From positions 69,108 to 133,107 of the forward strand of contig CAWHJT010000001.1 of assembly GCA_963829735.1 (NCBI GenBank): DNA of 64,000 bases, read 5' to 3'. Made by a program: the position numbers and the translations under genes. The notes beneath the pieces were generated by a model, which was given only the letters and a program-made list of their open reading frames with translations, was not told where the DNA came from and did not search any database. Source of the stretch: an uncultured Actinomycetes bacterium (GTDB lineage: Bacteria > Actinomycetota > Thermoleophilia > Solirubrobacterales > 70-9). Positions 1 to 8,711 of the stretch are shown one piece after another; within the stretch, counting starts at the first letter, position 1, and each line of letters begins with the position of its first letter.

Positions 1-678
1 ACGTCATCCCGCTGGCGTTCCTCTCGGCGCTCTACCGACGCTGCTGGCGGTGGTCGTGCTCGTGCTCCAGCGCCGGACCCGCGGCGCCTCCTGGGCGCCT
101 ACCTGGCAGGGGCGATGTTGACGAGCATGGTGGTCGGCTACGGGATCGTCACGGCGCTGCGCGAGGGCAACGTCGTCGGCGGCTCCAATCACTCCGTCGG
201 CCCGTGGGTCAACATCGCGGGCGGCGCGATCGCGCTGCTCCTGGTCTGGTTCCTCGCGAGCGACTGGGGCCGGGAGCGGCGTGAGCGCGTGAAGCAGAGA
301 CGGGAGGCGAAGCAGGCGAAGCGCGAGCGCCAGCCGTGGTCCGAGCGCGTGATCCAGCGCGGCTCGGTCCGGCTCACGTTCCTGGTGGGAATGGTCCTCA
401 ACCTTCCCGGTGCGATGTACCTGGTGGCGCTCAAGGACATCGCGCAAACCAACATCGGCACCGCCGAGACCGTCGGCGTCCTGCTCGCCTACAACCTGAT
501 CATGTTCCAGTGGGCGGAGATCCCGCTCATCGGTTACGCGATCGCCCCGGAGCGCACGCAATCGCTGGTCACGAGCATGAACCGCTGGCTCCGAGCTCAT
601 GCCCGCGAGGTGGCGATCGTCATCTGCTCGATCGCGGCCGCGTTCCTGATCACGAGGGGAATCGTCGAGCTCGTCTAG
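1..678 (+). CDS. GAP-family (DUF2910-like) integral membrane protein, 5' partial and frameshifted
   Basis: ORF 115..678 (187 aa, multi-TM). Upstream, frames 3>2>1 read VIPLAFLSAL / PTLLAVVVLVLQR / DPRRLLGAYLAGAML with good GC3. The protein therefore seems to continue to the window edge through two 1-nt indels (~nt 35 and ~72). The family call is from recalled similarity only. Confidence 0.5.
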   Translation, partial: TSSRWRSSRRSTDAAGGGRARAPAPDPRRLLGAYLAGAMLTSMVVGYGIVTALREGNVVGGSNHSVGPWVNIAGGAIALLLVWFLASDWGRERRERVKQRREAKQAKRERQPWSERVIQRGSVRLTFLVGMVLNLPGAMYLVALKDIAQTNIGTAETVGVLLAYNLIMFQWAEIPLIGYAIAPERTQSLVTSMNRWLRAHAREVAIVICSIAAAFLITRGIVELV

Positions 679-739
679 GCCCCTCGCATCCAGCCGCGGC
701 CGTCAACCCGAGCCCGCGGAGGTCTAGGATCTCCCTGGC

Positions 740-916
740 GTGTTCAGCGGTCTCGAGAACCCGATCCACCTCATGGTCATTGCCGTCGTCGTCCTGATCC
801 TCTTCGGGCCGGCCCGTCTTCCGAGCATCGGTCGCGCCGTCGGCTCCGGAATTCGCGAGCTCAGGGGCTCGCTCGGCGGCGAGGACGAGCCCGCCGACAA
901 GAGCGACAAGAGCTAG
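740..916 (+). CDS. tatA: Sec-independent (Tat) translocase subunit TatA/E
   Basis: Not in the ORF track (58 aa). GTG 740, TAG 914-916. Translates VFSGLENPIHLMVIAVVVLILFGPARLPSIGRAVGSGIRELRGSLGGEDEPADKSDKS: a TM helix, FGxxxLP hinge, amphipathic helix and acidic tail. Confidence 0.8.
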   Translation: MFSGLENPIHLMVIAVVVLILFGPARLPSIGRAVGSGIRELRGSLGGEDEPADKSDKS

Positions 917-1004
917 CGCTGACGGGCTACTCTCGGCAGATTCCGCGCGGGCGAAGCCTGCCAGCGGAAGGGGCGGCCGTCCCGCGGGCGAAGTCCCACG
1001 AGCC

Positions 1005-1678
1005 ATGGCCACCGGCTTCCCCGCGTCGACACGGCACGATATCTGGCGATCCTGCTGCTGATCCTGTCGACGATCGGGTTCCAGGTCGCGGCCTCGGACA
1101 GCGAGTGGGCGCGGCTCGTGATCGTGGTCCTCGAGTCTGGGACGCTCTACCTCGCCCTGACCGTGGGGCGGATTCACGGCGTGGTGGACCGGATCCTGCT
1201 CGCCTTGATCGCGGCAGCCGTCGCCGTCTCGGTCATCGCCCTGGCGGGCTTCGCGACGCTCGGCGAGTTCGACGCACGGCTCATCAACCTACTCCTGATC
1301 GCCTTCGCGCCGGTCGCGATCGGCGCGGGGGTGCTCGACGACATGAGGACGAGGAGCCGGGTGACGGTCCGGACTGTGATCGGCGTGCTGAGCGTCTATC
1401 TGCTGATCGGCCTGATCTTCACCTTCGTCTTCGGGATCATCGGCTCGCAGGCGTCCACGCCCTTCTTCAAGTACGGGCTGGCCGGCAACAGCTCCAACTA
1501 CCTCTACTTCAGCTACTCCACCCTCACGACCGTGGGCTATGGAGATCTGGTCGCCGAGCTTCAGATCGGGCGCTCGTTCGCGATCATCGAGGCCCTGGTG
1601 GGGCAGATGTACTCGTCAGCATCGTCGCGTTGGGTCGTCTGGCGGGGCCCGTTCGCGTTCTCGCTGCCGGGCTCTTGA
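1005..1678 (+). CDS. two-TM potassium channel (Ion_trans_2-like), apparently frameshifted
   Basis: ORF 1118..1678 carries the pore helix and selectivity filter STLTTVGYGD. An N-terminal TM (YLAILLLILSTIGFQ) lies upstream of the first start, and ATG 1005 is in another frame. The inner helix is complete only if frame 1 (LVSIVAL) is used around 1608-1635. Confidence 0.6.
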
Positions 1679-1910
1679 TCGACACGGCGTTCTTCTACGT
1701 CCTGCTGAGCGTCACTGCTCGCTGGCCAACCTGGCTTGTTCACGGCGGTCCTCCTCTACGTGATCTCGATCTGGGCGTACGTGGTGGCGGGTGAAGACGG
1801 CGTGTTGAGCGGGGGCACGAGGCGTCAGCGTGCTCCTGGGCGCGGCGGGGATGGCGTCGGTAATCGTCGTGCTGATGCTGAAGAAGCGGTTTCGCTACGC
1901 TGACGTGTGA
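1675..1910 (+). CDS. small multi-TM membrane protein (hypothetical, frameshifted)
   Basis: TTG 1675 overlaps the channel stop (TTGA). Reading through frame changes near 1710 and in the G5 run 1811-1815 gives hydrophobic helices ending GAAGMASVIVVLMLKKRFRYADV, with TGA at 1908-1910. No family recognised. Confidence 0.3.
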
Positions 1911-1911
1911 C

Positions 1912-1924
1912 AAAAAAAAAAAAA
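1912..1924. repeat. A13 homopolymer tract
   Basis: Thirteen consecutive A, confirmed by the ORF 1907 translation MTKKKKG. It begins 1 nt after the TGA at 1908-1910. Confidence 0.95.
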
Positions 1925-2333
1925 GGGAGCTGGGTCGCTGGTATGGGTCATCTTCTGGGCGCGAGCTTGGTCCTCGCACGATCGCTCTGGCTCAAGCGAA
2001 AGCCTTCGCAGGTCGGACTGGGCCTCGCCTGGGACATGGGGATCGCGACCGTCGGGACCATCCAGTTGTGCTTCGCTCTAGGCCTATGAACGACTGCTAT
2101 GACCCGCGGCTGCGGTTTGCGTTCCTGCTCGGTCCCGTTACCCGTTCGCCTACTGGGTGCTCTCCGCGTGCGCTGCTCTCTGCTCGAGGTGGGGGCGCTG
2201 TTCAAAGGGCTGCGGGAGAGGTGTGTAGTGTGGCACATCCTGCGTGAGAAGGCGGCGGGACCGGGGCGGGAGGATGCCGCGTGAGCCGCCAAGCAGCTGC
2301 CGGCGCCGTTACGCGCATGTCACCAGTCGCGAT

Positions 2334-2351
2334 AGTTGTCATGTGACAACT
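2334..2351. promoter_or_regulatory. inverted repeat AGTTGTCA-TG-TGACAACT (candidate operator)
   Basis: Read directly and consistent with ORF 2244 codons S-C-H-V-T-T. The 8-bp arms are perfect with a 2-nt spacer, in non-coding context. Confidence 0.4.
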
Positions 2352-2365
2352 AGCCACACCGGGGA

Positions 2366-2615
2366 CTTCTGCTTTCCGCGCAAAGCAGAAGCGACTTGCA
2401 ACGAAACGGCGCAAGAAGGGCGGCCTGAGCGCTAGCGGCGACTCCGCGCCATGTTTTAGCCGAGAGTCGGGATTCACCCCCATATACGTGGTCAACCCTC
2501 CTCTCGACCGTTGAGTGAGTGATTCACCGGAATATGTCCGGTCAACGACTCACTCGATCTGACCAGAGGCGGTTTCGCGCCGAGAAGAGCATTCTGCTTC
2601 GGCGCGAAAGCAGAA
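2366..2615. repeat. hairpin-bounded ~250-bp non-coding repeat module (MITE-like)
   Basis: Hairpins CTTCTGCTTT-ccgcgc-AAAGCAGAAG (2366-2391) and TTCTGCTT-cggcgcga-AAGCAGAA (2592-2615) bracket two tandem ~50-bp units (2471-2520 and 2521-2570). Each unit starts GATTCACC..ATAT..GGTCAAC. Coordinates were checked against ORFs 2244..2435 and 2492..2692. Confidence 0.5.
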
Positions 2616-2728
2616 GCTCTAGTCTCCAGGGCGGTTCCGTGGATCGACTGGCCTAGCTGCTCTAGAGCACGCTCTGGGACGAAGAGCGCCATCGAAAGCT
2701 CCCTGAGCGTCTGCCCGATGGGGCGCTC

Positions 2729-3640
2729 TCAGGGAACAGAGGAGACGGTCCTGGCCGAGGTCAGAACACTCTCATTGAGAAGCCGGGCGTCGATGAAAGA
2801 CTGCGGTCCATCCAGCCTGTCGGTGTAGGCAAGCTGAAGGGACCTCTGCGGGTCAAAGTAGACGGTTTTCGTGGAGCGGCCACCGTCGTATCCGGAGCTG
2901 ATGGAGGCTGAGGTCGCCGCACGGCCCAGCGGGTCCGTGGCGGAGCGATCGACAACCGCGCCAGGGACGTGGCTCAAGTACCTTGAACGCGGCTGCCCTT
3001 ACCGGTGCCGGCGTGTTTGGCTTTCCAAGTACGGCAGAGCCGACTTCGAAGACGCGAACATTCACCGGCGCGCCGCCAGAAGAGACGAACGCTTTGAGCT
3101 GGTCGCGCAACTGCGCGGGTCGGCGGAGAGCAAATCGGTGGCCGGAAACGAGCCTGCGCCGAGAGCCTCGTCGAACGCGGCTGATGATGCGAGCTCTTGG
3201 TTCTTCACAACGGGGCCGAGTTGTATGCGCAGCGCTTGAGGCCTTCGTGGTCGTTCGCAGCGATGGCTCGCCTGCGATCCCGGGGGCCGGGCCACTCAGC
3301 GGGGAGCTCGGTCGTCCGCAGGCGACCCGAGCCGTCGGGGCGCACCCAGGCTTCGGTAAGAGGACCGGTCGGTATTGGGAATAGTTCCCGGCGATGCCGA
3401 GGCTGAGCGACTTGGTCCGGGTGTACTGGACCCCAGCGGCCGTGCCGGATCGCTGCGAAAGAGCTTCGCCGGCTCCGTTCCCACCTCCGCCGCTGAGGGC
3501 GATGTAGAGCGCGCCGCGGCAAGTCCGGCTGTTACGAGGATGGCCGCAATGCCGAGGCGACGCCGACGCGCCCGGCGGCGAGCCTCCTCGATCAGCGCCT
3601 CGAGCTCTTCCTGTTCCGGTGATCTGCGGGCGGTGCTTCG
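2729..3640 (-). pseudogene. decayed membrane-anchored protein, paralog of the CDS at 4021
   Basis: Assembled from minus-strand ORFs 3592..3831, 3296..3484, 2853..3686, 3205..3522, 3062..3295 and 2729..2977. It reads VSVEAPPADH / PEQEELEALIEEARRRARRRRLGIAAILVTAGLAAA / LYIALSGGGGNGAGE ... TVYFDPQRSLQLAYTDRLDGPQSFIDARLLNE. There are at least six frame changes in ~0.9 kb and no clean start. Confidence 0.5.
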
Positions 3641-3649
3641 ACGGACACG

Positions 3650-4021
3650 ATGGAGCGAGTATTACTGGCACCATGCTCGGAGTCAAGGTCGACCGCGGAC
3701 GATCCCGCTGATCTGCACGAGCAGGTCGCCGCCGAGATCCGCCGCGCGATCGCCGACGGCGAGGCCAAGCCGGGCGAGCGCCTACCGCCGGCGAAGGACC
3801 TCGCGGCGGTGATCGGCGTCAACACCAACACGGTCCTCCGCGCCCTCAGGACCCTCCGCGACGAGGGCCTGCTGGAGTTCCGTCGCGGCCGCGGGATCAG
3901 CGTCGCCGGCAGCCCGGAGCGTGGAGCGGTGGTGGCCCGGGCTCGGGAGCTCGTCGAATTTGCGCGCAGCCACGGCTACCGGCGCGAGGACCTGGTTCGG
4001 CTGATCGAACGGATCGGCTGA
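3650..4021 (+). CDS. GntR-family (short, YtrA-like) transcriptional regulator
   Basis: 123 aa. Winged-helix signature GERLPPAKDLAAVIGVNTNTVLRALRTLRDEGLLEFRRGRGISV. The true start may be internal. Confidence 0.8.
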   Translation: MERVLLAPCSESRSTADDPADLHEQVAAEIRRAIADGEAKPGERLPPAKDLAAVIGVNTNTVLRALRTLRDEGLLEFRRGRGISVAGSPERGAVVARARELVEFARSHGYRREDLVRLIERIG

Positions 4022-4980
4022 TGACCCAGCGAGGCAGAAGCGCCGCCTCGCACCCCGAAGCGGATGATGAGCTTCAGGCGCTGATCGAGGAGGCGCGGCG
4101 GCGCGCACGGCGGCGCCGTTGGGGGACGATCCTGATCCTCGCCGCGATCGGCGCCCTCGATGTACGTACTCATCGGGCATGGCGGGGGCGGCGGCGGCTC
4201 GGCATCGCACCCGGGGCCATCGCCCGGCGCCAGCGGGTCGGCGCAGATCTCACCCGGGTCCTCATCGTCACCGGGCGCCGCGGGCTGCGTCCTCGCGAGG
4301 ACGACAGGAGACTTCGACGGCGACGGGGCCCTGGATGTTGCGAGGCTCGTCGCTCCCGTCGCGGCCGGGCAAAGCTGCGCGCACGTTCTTGCCCCGCGGC
4401 CGGATTCACCTGCGCGTCAGCTTCGGCTCGGGTCGGGAACGTCGACCAGGTGCTGCGGTGCCGTGATCGGCTGTGCTTCGGCGGGAGTGCCGGCGAACCG
4501 TTTACGGGCACCGACCTCGACGGAGACGGTCGAAGCGAGCTCGCGGTGGGTGCGGGCCCGGGTGGGGCGATCGATTTCGTCGAATTCTTCCGGGTCACCG
4601 AACGGGCAATCCGCCCGATTCGCATCGCGCCCGAAGGCACGGCCAAGGCAGAGCTGAGGCCGGGGCCGGCCGTCCTCGGCGGCGGCTTCGATTCGTCCGG
4701 CGTGAGCCCCGTCGCATGCCTGGTGAGACCGGATGGGACCCGGGTGCTCGTGTCGGTCCACGCTACGCCGATCGGCAAGTTCAATGGTCCCTGGCGAGTC
4801 CACCGGGCCGAGCTTGCGCTTCGGGGCGACGTGCTTCACGTCGTGAGGGTCTCGACGACGACCGAGCCGCCATGGCTTCGAAGTGCCTGGCCTCCACCTC
4901 CACGGCATTGGGGCTCAATTCAACGTCGCCTGCTCTTAGCCCACGCTCCGGCGGTCTGGGGATTGACCTGCGCCGTCTAA
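4021..4980 (+). CDS. membrane-anchored protein with DxDGDG (FG-GAP/VCBS-like) motifs, frameshifted
   Basis: TGATG overlap with the gntR stop. The N-terminus (...ELQALIEEARRRARRRRWGTILILAAIG) is in ORF 4021..4980. It continues in ORF 4160..4657 (TGDFDGDGALDVARLV), briefly in ORF 4119..4466, then back to the first frame (TGTDLDGDGRSELAVGAG). The 3' end is uncertain. Confidence 0.5.
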   Translation: MTQRGRSAASHPEADDELQALIEEARRRARRRRWGTILILAAIGALDVRTHRAWRGRRRLGIAPGAIARRQRVGADLTRVLIVTGRRGLRPREDDRRLRRRRGPGCCEARRSRRGRAKLRARSCPAAGFTCASASARVGNVDQVLRCRDRLCFGGSAGEPFTGTDLDGDGRSELAVGAGPGGAIDFVEFFRVTERAIRPIRIAPEGTAKAELRPGPAVLGGGFDSSGVSPVACLVRPDGTRVLVSVHATPIGKFNGPWRVHRAELALRGDVLHVVRVSTTTEPPWLRSAWPPPPRHWGSIQRRLLLAHAPAVWGLTCAV

Positions 4981-5022
4981 CTGGGCATTGCAAGACGATC
5001 CACGCTCCGCAGGACCGTCGCC

Positions 5023-6534
5023 CTAACCGACCACGGTGATGTGGCGCGTCTCCGAGTGTCCGCCCCGGTACGGGTAGCCGCGCTGGCTGGGCACGACCGC
5101 CCGGAAGGCGTACCGGTGGCGGCCCGAGGTTGAGTGGAAGCGGTAGTGGGCGCGGTAGGCCCCGTTGAGGTTGGTGCGGCCGTTGCTCACCTCGACCCAG
5201 CGCTTGCCCGATCGCGCCTGGATCCGGACCCATCGGCGCGTCGCGGCGGGCTCCTGGAGCCGCACCTTGAAGCGAACCCGGTGACCGTTGTGGAGTGCGC
5301 GGTGCGGGCGCAGCTTCAGCCGCGGGCGCGCGCGGACGTGCAGGTCGAGGCGCCGCTCGGCGACACCGTTGCCGCTCCACCAGTAGGCGACGCGGACCTG
5401 CCTGCTCGGGCCGGAGGGCAGCTGGGCGGCGAATCGCCCATCGGGTCCCGTCATGGGCGTCGCGGCGATGTGCTCTCCGGCGCCAGCGAGCGGGACGCGC
5501 GTGGCCACGCAGGCCCGCGCCCCGGACACCGGCGCGCCCTCCGCCGTGCGCAGCCGGCCGCGAACGGTTGCCTCTCCGCGCTCATGCCCCGAGCGCGTGC
5601 GGGAGATGTGAGCCTCGAGCCCGGGCCCAGGGCCGGCGCTCGAGATCGGGCACAGGTTGTCGACCCGCATGTGGCGCTCCGCGCAGGCGCGGTTCGCCTG
5701 CGTGTCCAGCCCGTAGTCGACCGAGCAGATTCGCACCGTGTTCGGTCCCTGGCGAAACGGCGCCCAAGTGGTCGCGGCTTTGAAGGTCGTACCTGCTTGA
5801 AGCGGGCACGGCCTGAGGCGGAGGGCGTAACCGTTGGCGGCGTGGCACGCGGCGGTGTGAGCCGCCACCGGCTCGCCGTTCACCTGGAGGAGGAAGCGAT
5901 GGATGCCCGCTCCCACGTCGGTGGCCACGGGCTGCATCGCCTGGATTCCGCGCTTGATTCCGGCAGCGAACGCCGGGCCTCGCAGCGTGATCCTCGGCCG
6001 CACTCGGTCAGCCAGGCGTAGCGAGAGACGCTTGATCCGAACGCCTGACTTCTCCCCCTTCCCGCAGCCGCCATCGCGAGCGCACGCGAGCCTGGCGACG
6101 AACGCCCGTGCCCGTCCGTCCCAGCGCGAGCGCTGCATGCCGGGGTCGGGGACCGAGAACGGCTGGAGCGGCCCGGCGAGCGGCGCCGTCAGGAGCTGAG
6201 GGACGTGGCCGCCTGCCCGCCGGCCGGCGGCGCTGACTCCGAGATGGGAGATGACCGTGCCGCGCGGTGCGCGCACCGACCAGCCGCCCCAGCGTCCGTG
6301 GCCCGTCTCCCGTCCCTCGTGGCGGACGGTCAGCCCGGCCTGACCCTCTCCGCACGACGCATCGGAGACGTAGTGATGGGAGGTCCGCGCGAAGACCGCG
6401 TCCGGGTGAAAGGCGCCGAGCGCCGGGTTGCAGACCACCGCGCGATAGACGCCGGCCCTTGCCGCCGCCGGGACGATCAACGACAGCGCCGTCGCGGCGA
6501 GGAGGGCGGGAATGGCAACGATTGGGCGCTTCAT
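5023..6534 (-). CDS. secreted hypothetical protein (Cys/Arg-rich)
   Basis: Intact 503-aa ORF. Signal peptide MKRPIVAIPALLAATALSLIVPAAARA. C-terminal carboxypeptidase-regulatory-like pattern (GRLRTAEGAPVSGA...TGPDGRF). No function assignable. Confidence 0.7.
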   Translation of the reverse strand: MKRPIVAIPALLAATALSLIVPAAARAGVYRAVVCNPALGAFHPDAVFARTSHHYVSDASCGEGQAGLTVRHEGRETGHGRWGGWSVRAPRGTVISHLGVSAAGRRAGGHVPQLLTAPLAGPLQPFSVPDPGMQRSRWDGRARAFVARLACARDGGCGKGEKSGVRIKRLSLRLADRVRPRITLRGPAFAAGIKRGIQAMQPVATDVGAGIHRFLLQVNGEPVAAHTAACHAANGYALRLRPCPLQAGTTFKAATTWAPFRQGPNTVRICSVDYGLDTQANRACAERHMRVDNLCPISSAGPGPGLEAHISRTRSGHERGEATVRGRLRTAEGAPVSGARACVATRVPLAGAGEHIAATPMTGPDGRFAAQLPSGPSRQVRVAYWWSGNGVAERRLDLHVRARPRLKLRPHRALHNGHRVRFKVRLQEPAATRRWVRIQARSGKRWVEVSNGRTNLNGAYRAHYRFHSTSGRHRYAFRAVVPSQRGYPYRGGHSETRHITVVG

Positions 6535-7073
6535 CGCTTGGGCCTCCCTTGGTCGTTGGTCAACGCTCGAATCCGAATTCCGAGGGTCCGTCTTCCTGCC
6601 CCGCCCCGCCCCCCGGCGACGAGCTGGCTGGAGGGGAGGGCGAGCTCGTCGCGACGGGGGCGGGCGGTGGTGAAGCCGGTGGCGGCGGTGGCGGCGCGTG
6701 GCGGCGCTGGCGGCGCGGGACGCGAGGCCGCGGCGGGCTGCGGCGCGAGGGCGGCTACCGGCGCCGGAGCGGGGGCGCGGGAGGGCCGCTCGTGGTTGTG
6801 CGTCGCCCGCTCGGGATGGCGTGGGTGTCGCGGTCTGGGGTCCGCGGCCTCTGACTTCGGGCGATGCTTGGCTGGATGCGCGACCCGGGGGGAGGGCGTG
6901 GGCGGCGGCGACGGGGGCCGGCGGGCCCGGGCGAGGCCGATGTCGTCAGGCAGCGGGGGCGGTTTCGGGCGCTCGAGCAGCGCCGGCAGGCCGACCACGA
7001 GCGCGGCGCATACGATCGCTCCGGCGGCCAGCCTGGCGACGTTTATCCAGCGGATCCGAGTGCGGCTTCCCAT
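6531..7073 (-). CDS. single-pass membrane protein with Pro/Ala-rich tail
   Basis: 180 aa. TM segment LAAGAIVCAALVVGLPALL followed by a low-complexity P/A-rich region. Its stop overlaps the start of the 503-aa gene by 4 nt. Confidence 0.55.
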   Translation of the reverse strand: MGSRTRIRWINVARLAAGAIVCAALVVGLPALLERPKPPPLPDDIGLARARRPPSPPPTPSPRVAHPAKHRPKSEAADPRPRHPRHPERATHNHERPSRAPAPAPVAALAPQPAAASRPAPPAPPRAATAATGFTTARPRRDELALPSSQLVAGGRGGAGRRTLGIRIRALTNDQGRPKR

Positions 7074-7135
7074 CTACGGTTTCGAACCCCGGACGCGGTC
7101 GCGGCGCCCCCCGGTCGCTATAGTCGTCCGCCGTT

Positions 7136-7702
7136 TTGGCCATCGCCGTCAACAAGGAATATGAGCTCGTGCTGATGCTCGATCCGGACGTCCCGGATGA
7201 GCGCCGCGACGAGATCGCCGCCGAGACTCGCCAGCGGATCGAGGCCGGCGGGACGCTCAAGCACGACTCCTCGTGGGGGATGCGCAAGATGGCCTACGAG
7301 ATCCGTCAGCGCACCGAGGCCGACTACCGGCTGTTCCGGTTCGAGGGCCAGGGCGGCGTGCTCGACGAGCTCAACCACAACCTCCGGATCGCGGACGGCG
7401 TTCTGAGGTTCCGGATCTTCAAGGTCGATCCGCGCTCGCCCACGACCGTCCCGCCGCCCGCGATGGGCACCTCAGGCGCTCCCACCCGCGCCCCGCGTCG
7501 CGACGAGGCCCCGGCAGAGGCCACCGCCGAGACCCCGAGCGAGCCCGCCACAGAGGCGCCCGCCGAGGCCGAGGCGGCTCCCGAGGGGGCCGCTCAAGCC
7601 GCGGAGACCCCGGAGGCCGCCGAGCCGGCTCCGGACGCCCCAGCGGAGGAGCCGGAGGCGCAGCCGGCGCCCGAGTCGGGCGAAGAGCCGGCTTCCTCGT
7701 AG
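7136..7702 (+). CDS. rpsF: 30S ribosomal protein S6 with long acidic C-terminal extension
   Basis: KEYELVLMLDPDV...WGMRKMAYEIRQRTEADYRLFRFEG...GVLRFRIFKV occupies the first ~100 aa. An ~85-aa Pro/Ala/Glu-rich tail follows. Confidence 0.9.
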   Translation: MAIAVNKEYELVLMLDPDVPDERRDEIAAETRQRIEAGGTLKHDSSWGMRKMAYEIRQRTEADYRLFRFEGQGGVLDELNHNLRIADGVLRFRIFKVDPRSPTTVPPPAMGTSGAPTRAPRRDEAPAEATAETPSEPATEAPAEAEAAPEGAAQAAETPEAAEPAPDAPAEEPEAQPAPESGEEPASS

Positions 7703-7821
7703 TCACGGGCGCCTCCTAAAGCCGCTCGTTGCGCCTTCCTGTCTCGACGGGGGGAGAGAACACGCCGTCCCCATCCTTAGACTGAGGAACCGAACAACGA
7801 ATCGAGGAAGGTGCTGATCCA

Positions 7822-8283
7822 GTGGCAGCGACCAACATCAATCGGGTGACCATCACGGGCAACCTCACGAAGGACCCGGAGCTCAGGAGCCTCCAGAGCG
7901 GGACCGCGGTCTGCAAGCTTCGCGTGGCCGTCAACAGCCGTCGCAAGGACCAGAGCGGCGAGTGGGTCGACAAGCCCAACTACTTCGACGTGACCGTATG
8001 GGGAGCGCAGGGCGAGAACTGCGCGACCTACCTCTCGAAGGGCCGCCCGGTGGCGGTCGACGGTCGCCTCGACTGGCGCGAATGGGAGACGCAGGACGGT
8101 AACAAGAGACAAAGTGTCGAAATAATTGCCGAGTCCGTGCAATTCCTGGGCAGCCGGGACGGCTCCGGTGCCGTCCAAGGCAACGGGATCACGGCGCGCT
8201 CCGACGTACCGGCCGACACATCGGATTTCGAGAACACGGAGCCCGTGGGCGCAGCCTCGGCGGGCGACGACATTCCCTTCTAG
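7822..8283 (+). CDS. ssb: single-stranded DNA-binding protein
   Basis: 153 aa. OB-fold N-terminus NRVTITGNLTKDPELRSLQSGTAVCKLRVAVN and the acidic C-terminal tip DDIPF. Confidence 0.95.
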   Translation: MAATNINRVTITGNLTKDPELRSLQSGTAVCKLRVAVNSRRKDQSGEWVDKPNYFDVTVWGAQGENCATYLSKGRPVAVDGRLDWREWETQDGNKRQSVEIIAESVQFLGSRDGSGAVQGNGITARSDVPADTSDFENTEPVGAASAGDDIPF

Positions 8284-8417
8284 CGGATCGAAACACCCAA
8301 GTTCGAGGCGTCGTTTCGCGGCGCCCCGGCTATCATGCGCTCTCTCGCGCCGCCCTCAGTGGACGGGCGGCGCGCGTATGAAGGCATGACACTGGCGAGC
8401 AAGAGCGAGATCGGCTG

Positions 8418-8702
8418 ATGGCCCGGAGGCGGCCAACTTCGACCACCGGCCCCGGCGCGTCGAGCGCCGGTCGTCGCCGTCCCCGCGGGTCCGACCGGTT
8501 CCGCCCACGGAAGTACACGCGGATCAACGTCGAGGCGATCGACTACAAGGACCTGGGGACGATCCGGCGGTTCATCTCCGACCGCGGCAAGGTCCGCTCC
8601 CGCCGCGTTACGGGGCTCTCTCGGCGCCACCAGCAGCAGCTCGCGCTGGCCGTCAAGCGGGCTCGCGAGATCGCGTTGCTCCCCTACGTCGGCGAGCGGT
8701 AG
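8418..8702 (+). CDS. rpsR: 30S ribosomal protein S18
   Basis: 94 aa. [50 protein letters not shown]. Confidence 0.9.
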   Translation: MARRRPTSTTGPGASSAGRRRPRGSDRFRPRKYTRINVEAIDYKDLGTIRRFISDRGKVRSRRVTGLSRRHQQQLALAVKRAREIALLPYVGER

Positions 8703-8711
8703 GCGCACGAG

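Noticed and set aside
1925-2700. A possible tRNA, tmRNA or other classic RNA gene in the gene-poor stretch.
   Set aside because: I found no T-loop-like GGTTCGAATCC-type motif, no acceptor-stem pairing and no CCA-adjacent context by eye. This is not a substitute for tRNAscan or Infernal.
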